Origin: Azolla caroliniana | Taxonomy: Eukaryota; Plantae; Polypodiophyta | Assembly (NCBI GenBank): GCA_043228905.1 | Contig: JBHGNT010000017.1 | Span: forward strand, 1,798,001 to 1,862,000 | Length of the DNA stretch: 64,000 nt | Reading direction: 5' to 3' | Shown here: one piece after another, positions 9,908-23,433 of the stretch | Numbering within the stretch: position 1 is the stretch's first letter | Layout: each line of letters starts with the position of its first letter | Made by a program: the position numbers and the translations under genes | Notes under the pieces: model-generated | Databases searched by the model: none | Told to the model about the DNA's origin: nothing | The model's input: only the letters and a program-made list of their open reading frames with translations

Positions 9908-12900
9908 AAATCTCTCTCTCTCTCTCTCTCACTCATGGGCCAAATTTGGTCTTAGAAGACATTAATATTTCTTTCTTTCTTTCTCCCCATAAATCTATGT
10001 CTGTATTAAAACAATATTACAATACAAAACCTTGCTATCACAACTACTTTACTAGTTGCAATATGGCAAGATAAACCCTCTCAGGTGTTATAATACAAGA
10101 TGGCATAAATCTAACTCTTTTGGGGACAAGGTACAAATATAACATAGTTGTGAAAACTGTCGAATCAACTTTTCTTTCAGCTTACATACTAGTTGTGGTA
10201 CCCCATGAAATCTATCAAACAAGAACCCATTGCCTAGGCTGCAATTATACCACATACCCAATGCCTAAGATATATAAAAACACCACCTGATATGATAAGG
10301 GTAGAGCTTTAACACCCTCAATGAAACCCATTAACATGGCGACAAACACACAGCCAATTAATGATGCCCATATTTGCAAAATAACAACCCAAATGGCTTT
10401 AGCAACCAGACATGTAATGAATCTGTGTCTGCTATCTTCCTTGCTGTACAGAAAAAACAGTACCATTCGAAATATCCGTTCATTTTAAAGCCTTCGCCAA
10501 AGGCAACCCACCGACCATCACATGCCCAACAAAACCTTTGGATGAAATGGATAATGAGAATGCCCTCTTGCATCTAAAAGTCAACACCACAATTGTACAC
10601 ATCATGTAATGTGCCATGTAATGCCCTCTTCGCTAACCAAGTTCTCTCTTAGCTTTCTAACGAATGTTTATTTGCTGAATTCCGTTACCGTAGTGAGGAG
10701 TTATGAGCATTTTTCGTCCGCAGCCCTCTTTGCCCCGCGGTTCCTCAAACTCAAGGTAGATTTTGAAACCCTAAATCGATTGAAAGGTACATTCTACTTC
10801 TTCTATCATTTTATTAATAGTAAATATGCCAAGAGGAGTAAAAGCCAATGATGATGTGATTGAAAGCCCAACAATCAAATGCATACTTTGTCAATGGAAA
10901 AGATCGCAACTATGTATATCTCATTGCAAGAGACAGTGATGCATATGCAAAGCGAAATGTATGCTTGCAAGGAGAGGGAATTAACTCTTCAACATACACT
11001 AGAAATGCAAAAGTTAGAGATTAAAGCTTTGCGTGAAGAACTACATGCAATGAAGAACATGACTATTCAAATGCAAGATAATAGGATGCTTGAAATAGAA
11101 AGAAAAATGTTGAGTCTTGAAGCAGAAAAAGAGATTTTAATGAAGGCAAATGCTGAAATAAAATCTACAATTGAAGGGAAGGAAGATGTGATCATGACAA
11201 GGTGGAAAGATGTTCTCTTGAAAGAAACACCAAAAATCACGCAAAGACATTCTAATACCATGGATGTGTTAGATGCAAAGGAGCAATATGAAATCGAAAG
11301 AAGAAAGAATAATATTGTCATTAGAGGTATGCAAGAGAATGAAATAGAGAATGCATTATCTCTTGGACAAAATATTACGAAATTCTTTGAAGATCACTTT
11401 GCTATGCGAGATGTTATTGTGTATACCACACATAGGGTTGGCAAAAAGCAACTAGAGGGAAAGACATCTCGAGCTATTGTTTGTATAATCCTCGATGAAC
11501 GTAGAAGGGCAATGATTTAGTAGTAAGGTGTACTTAAAAGGGACAAGTTTTTTTTGTAACGGAGGATAGAACTCCACAAGTGCAAGAACGTAGAAGGCAA
11601 GCATATGCATCTCGAAAAGCAAATCAAAATGCATAGCAAGCAATTACCTATGGGACCATAAGTGTTTCACGATTGAAAGTAATGTTTTGGAATTGTAGAG
11701 GATATCCATGGAATAAGGGTTTAGGACTCAATGATGTAGCTCAAGGTATGGATATTATATTTTTGGCTGAAACATGGGAGCATGAGGCAAAACGTATACC
11801 TAAAATAGACAGTTACCTCATAAAATCGATATGGCCTCACTCCAAAGAGAATATTGGGCGTGTTGGGATAGCATGTATCTACCATGAGAGCTTAGATAAT
11901 TCTATCAAAGTATGCAAATATGATGACTATAAGAGATACATATGGATAGAGGTTAATTTGGGGAAAGAGAAGTTGTATATAGTTACATGTTACATTCCTC
12001 ACAAAGACTCAAACTACTATAGTAGGTTTGGGTTAGATTGTGATGATCCTTTTACAGAATTATGCCATGATATACTTTCATTTGAGAAGCTTGGTAACGT
12101 TTTAATTATGGGAGACTTCAATGCAAGAGTTGGAAATTTCCAAAATGTGGAGACATTTGAAGAAAATGTAGTAGAACATTGTCTAGTGCGTGATTCAGAG
12201 GATTGTGTCATGTCAGATTATGGAAAACTTTTGATACATATGCTAAATTGCACAAACTTGATTATCCTAAATGGTATAATGGCATTCCCATTGACAAATG
12301 TGCTCACATGTTTACCATCCTCAGGTGGAGGAAGTGTGGTTGATTATGCATTAATGTTGGCATGTGATCTATCATTGGTGAATGTGTTTAAAGTTGGTTC
12401 TCTATCTCCAAACTCAGACCACAAGCCATTGTACTTAGAGCTTGCAATTCCACATTCCACTAGATGCCATGGAGTGATAGACAAAAAGAGATGTATCATC
12501 CGACCTTGCTACGAAAAACCTAAGATGTATGCAAAGGAAGTGGAGAACCATTTGTTAAATTTTTCTCTAAGCAACAATGTTAAAGAAAATTGGCAACATT
12601 TGAAGGACATAATCCTTAAGGTTGGATATCAATGCTTTAAGATACATGTGGGTGGGCATAAGGTGTGTAGTTTTCCATGTAATTCTTGATTCGATGATGA
12701 ATGTAAGATGTATCTCAAATGGTTTAAGTCCATAGAAGGGGGGAATTAAAAGATTGTTGCATGGCACATATACAAGAAAGTAGTGAGGAGAAAGAAGATA
12801 TTTCCAAATGCAAGAGATAAAAAAGAAAAACTTGTTTAAGCTCAAACCAAAATTAGCATGGGAAAAACTCAAGGGTAAGAAAGAAGATGTGAAAGGTCAC

Positions 12901-15900
12901 TTTACAAATGAAGAGATGCTAGACTATGTACAAAGGTTATATATGCATGAAGGTGAAAATTGAAACTCCATGCACTACATGTATTGATATTGATGATGTC
13001 AATAAGGGAATAAAGAAGATGGCAAGTGGGAAAGCAGCAGGTTCAACCTATGTCTTAAGTGAGCTTTTAAAATGGACAATCCACACACTCGTCATTGGAT
13101 AATGACTATTTTAGAGCAAGCATTAAAACAAGAATTTCCAAATGACTGGCTTATGAATTGAATTAAACCAATATTTAAAGCCGGAGATAGGAATCAAGTA
13201 TCAAATTATCGTACAATAATGGTGAGCTCAAATATTGCTAAATTATATAGCACTATTATGGAGCAAAAGATAAGCACATGGGCTGAGAGTACAAGCAAAA
13301 GAGCACTTGGGCAGACCAAAACACTCTACCGTGGATCATTTGGTCACATTAAGAGTAATCATGGAAGAGAGTCGACTACAAGGAAAAACGCTTTATTGTT
13401 GTTTTGTTGATTTCAAGAAAGCTTTTGATATTGTACCACGAAGTGAGCTTTGGAATAGAATGGTAGACATCGACATGCCATTAGCGTACCGAGTTGCGGT
13501 TGCACGCCTATATGAACAAGTTAAATGCCAACTAAAAATGGATAGTGGATTCTCAAAGCACTTCTTAAGTAACATGGGGATCAAGCAAGGATGTCCACTA
13601 TCACCCACACTCTTTGGCTTATGTATTGATAAATTAGAAGAAGTGGTGAATAAGGTTGCAAGAGAAGAAGGATTGAATGGCCCCAATTTGATGCAACATG
13701 TTATCTTATTGCTTCTATATGCAGATGATGTGGTACTCTTCTCATATAATGTTGATAGTATGCAACATTTACTTGGGGTATTAGAAGAATTTTGCCATAG
13801 TAGTGGACTAGCAGTGAATGTGGAGAAAACAAAAATGATAAACATATAAAGGTGAACATATGCTCATCATTACCCTATGCTCACATATAAAGGTGAAAAT
13901 ATACATTTTGTTCAAAGCTTTAAATATCTTGGTATTGATGTACCCGCCACAAATTCATGGAATGCATGCTTTGATTCTAGACTCCAAGCCGGTTGGAAAT
14001 CATATTACATTTTGGAGAACCAATGCAACCAAAGTGATACTTGTGGATGGGAAGTAAAACTAATGTTGTTCAATGCCATGGTAACTCAAGTATTGCTTTA
14101 TGGAGTAGAAGTATGGGGTGGCACCATCTCTCTTAATGCATGGAACGAGATTGAGAAAATTCAAAAGATGTTTTTAAGGAGGCAATTAGGAGTTAAATGC
14201 ACTACCTCTTACCAGGTTATGCTCTTGGAAACGGGTGTTTGATCCATAGAACTATTGGCACTCCAAAGAGTATATAAATACATTACAAAAGTCAAGAATA
14301 TGCCAAATCAACGATTACCACATCTTGCTTGGAATGTTGGATGTAAGCTACAAAAGAATCATAAAAGTAAGATTCTCTCATTTGGTTGGGTTGTTGACAT
14401 AAGGAAATGGTTTAGAAGATGGGGTGTGGATGATCTTTTAGAGCTTTCGGGCAATGCTATGTAGTATGTAATGATTGAGGAAAGGTTGGTGGAATCATTA
14501 AGGATAAAGTGGGAGGATGCTAAGAGGACAAAGCTAGAATACTACATTGCAAATGTCAACCCTGAATGTTGGTCTCAATATAAAGCAAGAATGTCTATTG
14601 ATCGTATCCAGCCTTATCTCATTACCAATATGAGTAGTAATGCTCGTAGAGCCCTTACACTACTTCGCACTCAATCTCACAAGTTAGGTATTGAAGTCAC
14701 ATCATGGTATCAAAATGTAACGAATTTGAAGACATGTAAAGTATGTAATGAAGGCATGGTAAAGGATGAATGTCACTTGCTCTTCACATGCTCGACATAT
14801 AGTGCAATTCGTTCAAGATATGTTGACATACTAAGAGGGAGTGATAACTTAAGTGTCATACTTAAGACACCACCTAGAAGGTTGAGCTCATATGTGTATG
14901 CTTTACTAACACATAGAGACTTTGGGCTTCAACGTATGAATACCCCTTCTTAGGAAGGAGACATATATCAAGAACACATGTATACTCTGGTCCCATAGGT
15001 CAAATTTGGCCTCTTTATGGACGATAAAAATTCTAATTCTAATTCTAATGGTATACATCATTATTGTGCACCACAATATTGATTTGTCAATACCAAAGAA
15101 AAAACATGTACCATTTGAAATATGTGTTCATTTTAAAACCTTCGCCAAAGGCCACCCACCGATTATCACACGTCTGAGAAACACCTTTGGACGAAACAGA
15201 AGATGAGAACGCACTCCTACATCTAAAACTTGACACTACCATTTTACACATTGTTTAATGTGCCATGTATCCAAAACCTTCTTCGCGAACCAAGCTCTAT
15301 CTTCAACAAACTTATGGTATACATCATTAGTGTGCACCACAATCATCAAATTTTCATTACCAAATGACCAATCTTTCCATGGTTCCTCGACCACCAACTT
15401 TGAAATTGGGGAATCTAGAGCCAGCAATGCCAATATTGATTGCCAAATATGGACATATCCCTGTGGTATAAGAAACCTACTTCCAACTGTCCAAATGGTC
15501 ATCATTTGCCTATGTGACCCTACAATTACCAAGCCAAGCCAAGCCATGCCATTCGATTGAACTTTGACTTGAGTGGAGGAGGGTTTACTATGCATTTGAG
15601 GGCATTGCAATATAGCATTACAAAGTCAAATGTTGAGTTCTCAGGAAAGAAAGGTTTGTCACTTGGGTAACACTAGTGTTTCTCTGTGCAGTTTAATACT
15701 GCAGAAATTCCTCTATGCAATGCATATTATCTGTGAGTATAATAGGCTTGAGTGTAAATGTAGCTAAAACCAAAATGATAATCATCACCACCAATAAACC
15801 TAATCATTTCCCAATGCTTCATCGCTATGGCCATGCAATTGAGGTAGTAGACAGCTTTCAATACGTCGGGAATTGATAATACAGTAACCATGTTTGGAAC

Positions 15901-18179
15901 AAAGGCTTGAAACAGAGAATGGAAACAGGTATGGCTCAGTATACACAATTGAGAGCATGTACAACCACAAAACAATTACAAATGCACTTCTTTCTTTGGT
16001 TTGGATTCTTGTCATTTGGAAATGGTTTGCATCATCATTGGTAGAAGACTTATTGAATGCCAGCATTGAGGACAAGAACATAGAGCATGAAATCAAATTT
16101 TAGCTCAGCCATGCCAGATATCTCACACACAAGTGAAAGACCACAATACATAGGTCAACGGAAGAAAAGGGATGATAAAGATAAGAATCTTTCATACCAT
16201 AATGGAAAGGTTTGTATTCCTGATTTTCTATACATAAAACTATGTTTTGGGCATTCACTCACATAGAATACTATTATCATCAAGTTCGTCAATTGTCTTC
16301 ACTTGCTTTGACATTTTGAAGAAACGAATGGTGGAAATATTTCAAATTTATTTATCCATGACTATTAAAGTCCAAAGGCTGATAAATAGGCCATAATATA
16401 TCTTTATCCAATATGATGGATTGCTCCTCAAAAATAACATTACAGTACTACTATTTATCATATACATCCTACAATGTTCACTACAAGGAGAAAGTGGAAA
16501 TCCTTGAAAAATGACAGCTCTAGCATAATTAGATAGATGTGAACACATACATAGCTCCAATAATTTTATGTTTAAAAGGATTCATTCATTGTCAATATCT
16601 GACACATTTACTCTGTGCATTTATGAAATAATCAGTACTTACTTTCTTAAATCTATCAGTAGTTGCTGAGAGCAGACTCCTTGATGTATCCATTTGATTA
16701 CCCTATTTATGGAGACAGAAGCCATAGTTAAGAAAATAATATAAGGATCAAAAAAGGTGTTGAAGACAAGGAACATACCATGAAATCAAGGAATCGGTTC
16801 TGAGAATTCACTTCTTCATGTATATCAGTTGTCAACTGCAGGCAGTAGAAACTTATGAGGAACTATTGACATGTTTCATACAACAAAGCCATGATCTTTC
16901 AGATAAAAGAGCCACATACATAAAATCAAAGAGGGATAAAAACCTCAGTCGTCCATTAGCAACCTAGTGGACATAATAAAACCAGTCTTTTCGGAGAAGA
17001 GGGTCCAAAAAGTCAAAGAAGAAATGAAATCTCAATTGTTATCTATAAACAAATGAGAAACTAGCAACATAATGAGAAACAAATATTTCAGCTGTCTACA
17101 GCAGCAAGTATAAATACATGAGAAACCAGTAATGATTTTAACATAATGGAGCTATGGTCGTTCAGTAAAAATTGGAGTCACAAAAATAAATGCTGAAGAT
17201 GAAAATGGTATAATTAATGACTAAGTAGCAACATGTACCACACAAATATGATCATTCAGAAAAAGGCAAGCCACAGCACTCAAAAAAGAAGATAAAAACT
17301 GTACATACACCACAATGATGAGAAACTAACTACATTGTTCATGACAATATCAAGTTCTTCATACATTGTTGCAATGATAGTTCAACAATGGAAAGGTACA
17401 AAATACTAATGAGAAACTAGCAAAATAGTTTCATATAATGAATTTGTGAGCTTGAGCTTTTACACAATTTAGCCATGATTAAAAGAGAGCCACAAATGCA
17501 CCAAAAAGAAAGAAAGATGAAAGTAATGTAAACTACTGAGCAACTAGTAACATTTTTCACAAAATTTGTGTGTGATTTCCGAGAAATATATGAAAATCTA
17601 TACGAATTAATGACGAATTTTCACCATTCTCCATGCAATTTAGTCATAATTGTTCGGAAAATGAGTACGAAACATCAAATACAATGAAAGGTGACACAAA
17701 TTAATGAGAAACTAATATCTTCCACACAAATGATTTATGATCATTCATCACAGATATAATTATAGATATGAAAATTCATAAAAATGACAAATTTTGACAA
17801 CATTTTGGCAGAATTTATTCATAAAAATGTCAGAAAATTTCTGAAAAAACAAGGATATGGAGGAAGATTACTTTCTTGAGAATATTCACTTTGTCTTGCA
17901 ATCCATCAAGAGCTCTGTCATTTTCCTGCTCAGAGATCTCTAATGAAGAAGAAGATGATCTGTTGATACCTTCTTCAATCTCATCAAAGAGCGAAGATCT
18001 ACGATAATTATCTCTGGTGAGAAGGTAAAACAAAACACAATTTTTCATCCATTACTCGGTTCAAAACAAAGTCGACAAATTTTGGAATTTGAAAGAGCAG
18101 ATCTAGGGATCAGAAAAAAAGAATGAGAGGAAGATGAAGAATCCGTGTGGGTTCGTATGGATTACCTTCTCGCGTTCAT
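9746..18179 (-). CDS. BET1: Bet1-like Qc-SNARE (BET11/BET12 family), 5 exons, 120 aa
   Basis: Exons 18179-18166, 18013-17872, 16835-16779, 16702-16643 and 9835-9746, all GT-AG, 363 nt in frame: MNARRDNYRRSSLFDEIEEG...EISEQENDRALDGLQDKVNILKKLTTDIHEEVNSQNRFLDFMGNQMDTSRSLLSATTDRFKKVFEAKSGKSLLTMVAVFVAVFLLVYFLVR*. Confidence 0.93.
9848..9930. repeat. (TC)n microsatellite, interrupted
   Basis: CT run 9848-9904, then GGTAAA, then (TC)10. Confidence 0.95.
9932..9984 (+). mobile_element. ~52-bp 3'-terminal stub of the LINE family at 46452-48270
   Basis: CTCATGGGCCAAATTTGGTCTTAGAAGACATTAATATTTCTTTCTTTCTTTCTC matches the reverse complement of ~46450-46503 with 3 mismatches, including the (CTTT)n tail. 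Confidence 0.85.
10200..10650 (-). mobile_element. Old L1-like ORF2 3' fragment (zf-RVT region); continues at 15049-15610
   Basis: WYCFFC...EDSRHRFITCLVAKAIW motif; 10450-10650 is paralogous to ~15097-15300. Confidence 0.55.
10651..15048 (+). mobile_element. Near full-length non-LTR retrotransposon (RTE-X/L2-like), inactivated
   Basis: ORF1 ~10879-11520 (coiled coil, ERRKNNIVIRG, HRVGKK); APE endonuclease 11673-12689 (FWNCRG, LAETW, GDFNAR, SVVDY, SDHKP); RT (FVDFKKAFD, GIKQGCPLSPTLF, LLYADD, FKYLG); C-terminal SHKLGIE..C..C..DECHLLFTC; stops and frameshifts; (TTCTAA)3 tail at 15031-15048. Confidence 0.92.
17050..17720. repeat. Degenerate intronic repeat with core AATGAGAAACTAG
   Basis: The core recurs near 17053, 17071, 17118, 17318, 17408, 17535 and 17703 in Bet1 intron 2. 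Confidence 0.5.
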
Positions 18180-19548
18180 TGCAGGATCGAAAGGAGAAAG
18201 CAAGAGGAATGTTGTTGTCTCTGAGGAAGACGACGACGAATTTCTTCTTCTTCTTCTGCAGGCCAAAACATAATAATAATAATAATAATAAGGAAACCAG
18301 AAATACGTGGAAATTAATAAATAAAGAGGTTTCCGAGAAATGCCACGCATACCCCTCCTCCTCCTCCGAGTGATTTTATTTATTTCCCGAAATGCCCCCC
18401 CTTCTGCCCATCCATCCATGTTTCCGGGTTTCAACATTGTTATAGTGATCAAGTGTGCCTTAAACATTAACTTAACTTTGAGGGGTAATCGAGGCTCTCT
18501 CCGGGTGCAAGTAGTGGAGATGTACATGCTTTTTTTGTGTCAAGCATATGGCTTGGTCTTTATTATTGGGGAGTGACACCTCAAGCCTCTTAGTATGCCC
18601 ACTATGAGGAAGTCTCCAAAGTATGCTCTATGGAAGCATAGCACATCAATCTTGACCCCTTCAAGGAAACTTGATTCACTAACCCTCATCCATGGATGCG
18701 TTGCATCACTCTGCCTTGAATTAGGTTATATCTATGCTTATTTATCTATCTCCTTCAATTGTGCAACCCATGTAATTGTGAACAACCCCTTATATTAACT
18801 TGTTTACTTTATTTATTGCGAGAGGTTATTAACTTCAATGAGAGATTAATACAATATATGGGACATGGTTGAGGCCATGTCAAAGACCAAATGTTGGTCC
18901 TCTCATTTTTTTGACTTTGATGTTGATATGTGTGATTTGCCATGGCAACACCCAAACAAAGAGAGTGACTGGAGAAAACGTACAATCACTATTAGGATTT
19001 GATGGTCATCCATTTGTCCAAGGCCTATGAGTTTCGTATATATAAAAAATCACAAGATTTGGTTAATAAATGGACATGACAATGCCTTCACCCACTAGAA
19101 TATTTCCATACAAGTGGCCTCATTAGGCACACCGTATGATCAAAGATGGTCAATATGCCAAGCCACCTTTGTTGAGTCCCTTACCCAACCCATCACCATG
19201 TTGCATGCATAAGTTGATCATTGATGGTTCATATGGTGCAAGTCAAGGGGTCAAGGCAAATGACAAAACTGGAAAGTGCCAATACGATAATTACCAATGG
19301 AGAGCCCCGATCGAAACCAAAAAACCCAATGTACATGATAATGTGGAGCTCATGTGGTGCACGATTATCACAAGAGCGTTAGAGCGAATCCATGACTTAC
19401 CTTTGTAATACCATTCAAAGGATCTTTGGACAGACATGGACATTTTGAGAGGTGCCATTCCTATTCAAAGAATCATACCATGTAGACAAGATCTACACAT
19501 CATTTCTACCTTTGCTTCTACTTTTGCGTACATCAAATCTTATTAAAC

Positions 19549-21181
19549 ATGCTTGCCATTTATGCAGACCTAAGCTTCCCCGTGGGTAGATATATCTCAT
19601 GGCCCGACTCCCTCAGAAAGCTCAGATCAACAACCCTTGGTGTTGGAAGGTCTCAGTCCTCTCCTCATGGCGTCTTCCTGCATCCCCTGTCCGCATTGAA
19701 CTCTGCAGAGTTCAGAAAGTTGCAATCTTTGAAGAAGAAGAACGATGGGAAAGGAGACGACGACGATGATTTAGATCTATGCCCTGTGGATTGTGTGAAG
19801 GAATTCAGAACTAATGCTGAGCTCTCCGGATACCTAGAGGCTGCGAAACAGAGCAATTCACTTGTTGTTGTGGATTTCTATAGAACAGCTTGTGGTAGTT
19901 GTAAATATATAGAACAGGGGTTTATGAAGCTTTGCAAAGGAGCAGGGGATCATGCTGATGCTGTCATTTTCCTAAAGCATAATGTGAGTTTTCCTTAATC
20001 AGTCTTTCATCATTGGTTTTCTCTGGATTTGATGACTCTTACAAAAAGAGGAAATATAATGTCTTATTCAAACTTCCATCAACATAGGTTATGGATCCTA
20101 TGATAGGTTTATTGTTGAGTTATTCTTACAAGATGAGTAACTGGAGTTTCTTTGATCTTCATCATAGGATATGAATCAATTATCATAGTACAACACGTTT
20201 CTTTAAATGCTTATATGTATAAGAAAGGTAACCGAGTTTTTGTATCAATCTCCAGCATAAATTGTGAAACCTATGACATGTTTGTTGGATTATTCTAACA
20301 AGATATTAACTGGGATCAATCAGCCGACTCAAATGATTCACTGGTTCTTCACAAAAATCAAAATGTATATGTAAGCAGAACCAACACAAGGAAAGAGATG
20401 AGTGCACAAAAAGGGTAGCTACCCCTTTATATGAAAATAAACTTTGGGTATAGTGGCCACACCATAGTATCCATACTCTGGCCAATGAGACAGAAATTAT
20501 GGAGCTTTGTCTATTTTAATCAACTCCACAATTCTGACATTATGTGTATGCTTGACACAGTACATTGTGTGCTACTTCACTCAATGACTGTAAGGTTGCC
20601 ATATTGTTCAGCACTTGTCATAGTCTGGTTATTGGTGTCACTTGCTCAGTCAGTATGAAAAAACAGGTAAATCGATGCCACAATGTGTGATTGCATTAAG
20701 GATCGCCAGTGGGTAGTCGTAGATCCATGAACCAACATTGATGAATTTATTGGTTTAGATGGATTAACATATAGGACAAAAAAATATGAATATTCAATCA
20801 AATTTGAACTCATGATCTTGCTATGCAAATATTTCAAATATCTCAAAATAACCGCAAAAACAAAATTCTGGTTACTTGGGGTAATTCTTGGATTCTGCAG
20901 GTTATGGATGAATACGAGGAGCAATCAGAGGTAGCAGAAAGATTGAAAATTAGGGTCAGTTATATATATCTTTAAGAAAAGTAAAGTCTTTGAAGAGAAA
21001 AGCTCTTGAATCTAATAACTGTTCGTGTTGCTCATTTTGGGAACTATAGGTTGTGCCGTTGTTCCATTTCTACAAAGATGGCAAATTGTTGGAGTCCTTT
21101 GCTACAAGAGAGAGAACCAAGATCGATGAAACTATTGAGAAATACTTGTTTCCAAATAATGCCTCTTTTAATGGAACATAA
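19549..21181 (+). CDS. TRL4: Chloroplast thioredoxin-like 4 (Lilium-type, CGSC), 3 exons
   Basis: Exons 19549-19983, 20901-20954 and 21050-21181; DDLCPVDCVKEF...VVVDFYRTACGSCKYIEQGFMKLCK...VIFLKHN|VMDEYEEQSEVAERLKIR|VVPLFHFYKDG; transit-peptide-like N terminus. Confidence 0.92.
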
Positions 21182-23433
21182 ATATGAAAACCAAGCTCTC
21201 ATGTCTAGGATGACCTTGCCCAGCCTTTCTATTAATCTTTTGTATAATCCTAATAATACCCATGAATTAAATATGTATATATATTTTAGGACTCAGTTGC
21301 AAAGTTTTTTCCTGGGTCAATTATGGTAGATGTCTTGTAACACTCTTTGTGGTTTATTCACCTCATCTAATGGCTTCTTGGTGGTCTGTTTTGCATGTAG
21401 GCTCACAAGAGATCTTGTAAATTTAAGAATAAGAAAGTGAAGGGACATTTCCAAGGAATTAGAGATAATTCTATTCAAAAAGCAATATGCGAAGTGGTGC
21501 CAAACGTATGAACAAAGACTAACGAGCAAATAGAAAGAGAGTGTGCAAAGAATCTTTTGGCATATGCATTAATATGGTTTGTCTGGCAAGTACCAAATTT
21601 GTGATTTGGTACGTAGAGTATGGAAAGTTATCAAGGCTTGCCAAATATTGATGGAAATGAGTGATACCATAGTTAAACATAGAAATGAAGGTTTGAATGC
21701 AATCCCAAGAAGTTAGTCACGAGTACTTGTTTGATATTCAAGTATCAATGTGAGATCAACAAGCATTTCATGTTAGTAATGTGGCTAAGGCTCTTGATGT
21801 CTTAATGTGGATACCGTGTGAACAAAGATGATAAGCACACCTTGAATGCATATATGGTGAACATATTGAGTGGCATATACAGAAAAGGGGAAAACAAGTG
21901 AGTATAGAAATCTGAATAATGCATAGTTTTAGTAAAGTTCAATAAAGAGAAAATGCTTTTCTTTCCACATCTGAATCAAGGATTCAAATTTCGAGCATTA
22001 ACCATTTCGAGTATAATAGTATGTTTATCTCCATGATAGATCAATCACCATCGTTTTATGTATATTTTCATTGAAATGCAACATTGATAATGTAATGGGG
22101 AAATGAATCAAGAAATGCATTTAGTGAAAAAATAATGCTAAGACTTTGCAAAATATGGTTGGTGTGAGCACCTTTTTTGGTCTTCTTAGAACAATTAAAT
22201 CAGTCTTGATAGTAGCTGGAAAAGCTGACACTGGACTGAATGAAGTTGTGCAAGATGTTTGCCGATTCAAAATACATGTTTTATAGAGGTAGATGACAAA
22301 CCTACAAGAAGAGATTGGGTCATTGGAGGCATCTTGTATGGAAAGGGATTATGCAACTAAGTTATATGCGTGGAAAGATGGAGAAGAAATTGCCCAAGAA
22401 TAATAATATGAACTGAAATACTAGTTGTTTAAGGGAGGGAAGCGTTATGATAGAAGCAAAAAATAATAATAAATTGGGAGAATAATGGTTACTCTATAAC
22501 TTCTTGCGATAAGTCTTATGCAAGGATGAAAACACTTCTATGTGCCTCGACGACAATTGTAATGAATGAGCATTGTGTCCTAGAAAATGCCCAATGTAGT
22601 CAACCCTAGGTAGGTGTAGTAGGTGCAATGGGATAAAGGGTCAAGGTAATAAATAGACAAATAAGGTATCGCATTTCAATGTATGCTATGATTAGGAACC
22701 CAAATATTTTATATCAAGTGAACAATATGAAACTAACTTTGCACACACATTTCCCTCCAAAGTGTCCTTATTGACTAAAATTGTTGAAATGTGCATCTTC
22801 CCTCCCGTTCAGAGGCTGCCTCCCCATTTGGTTGGAAGCACAACAAGCTCTGCGGTGAGGAATGCGTTATTCTCCAATTGAAGAAGAAATGGTGGGATCT
22901 CACAAGTATCCTGAAAGAGAAGGTTTTGTGTCCTCCGGCTTAGTGGGTGGGGTGGGGGGTGGGGGCAAGGGACCTAGGCGAGGGGCGCCAATAAAAAAAT
23001 CCTATACCTAACAAACTACTTTCTTATGGGATGATTCTTTAAGAGAAGAGGTCATGGAATGATTGGGTGTTATATGGGAGATTCAGATAGTGGGCTTGGT
23101 CTATTGGGTCGTTGTGTTTGTTAGTTTGCAACTTTGCACGTTGACAAAAAGTGAAAGTGCAACGGTAAGGCCCAAATATATAGTGTATGTAATAGCATAG
23201 AAACAAGGAGAGAGAAAGCCCATGGGCCATGATGTCCCCCTGTTCTTGATGTTGTGGTCGTGATCCAATTTCAACGGCTATTTATGTGTCCCATGTTTCT
23301 CATGTATGTATATATATATATATGTATGTAAGAGTCGACTCTCTGCATTTATGTATAACTAAAATCTCAGAGGTCTTTGTTGCTCCTTTCAGGATTTGGT
23401 TATCGATATATAGATAGATAGATAGATAGATAG

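Noticed and set aside
15690-15800. Hydrophobic minus-strand frame (LLVVMIIILVLATF) as the Bet1 terminal exon
   Set aside because: Wrong phase with the nearest acceptor; the exon at 9835-9746 fits the family (VFEAKS...LLVYFLVR).
17050-17720. Spaced repeats considered as a CRISPR-like array
   Set aside because: The repeats are degenerate and irregularly spaced, lie in a plant intron, and have no cas genes nearby.
21500-22600. Possible decayed coding or TE sequence
   Set aside because: No recognisable motif; it cannot be assigned.
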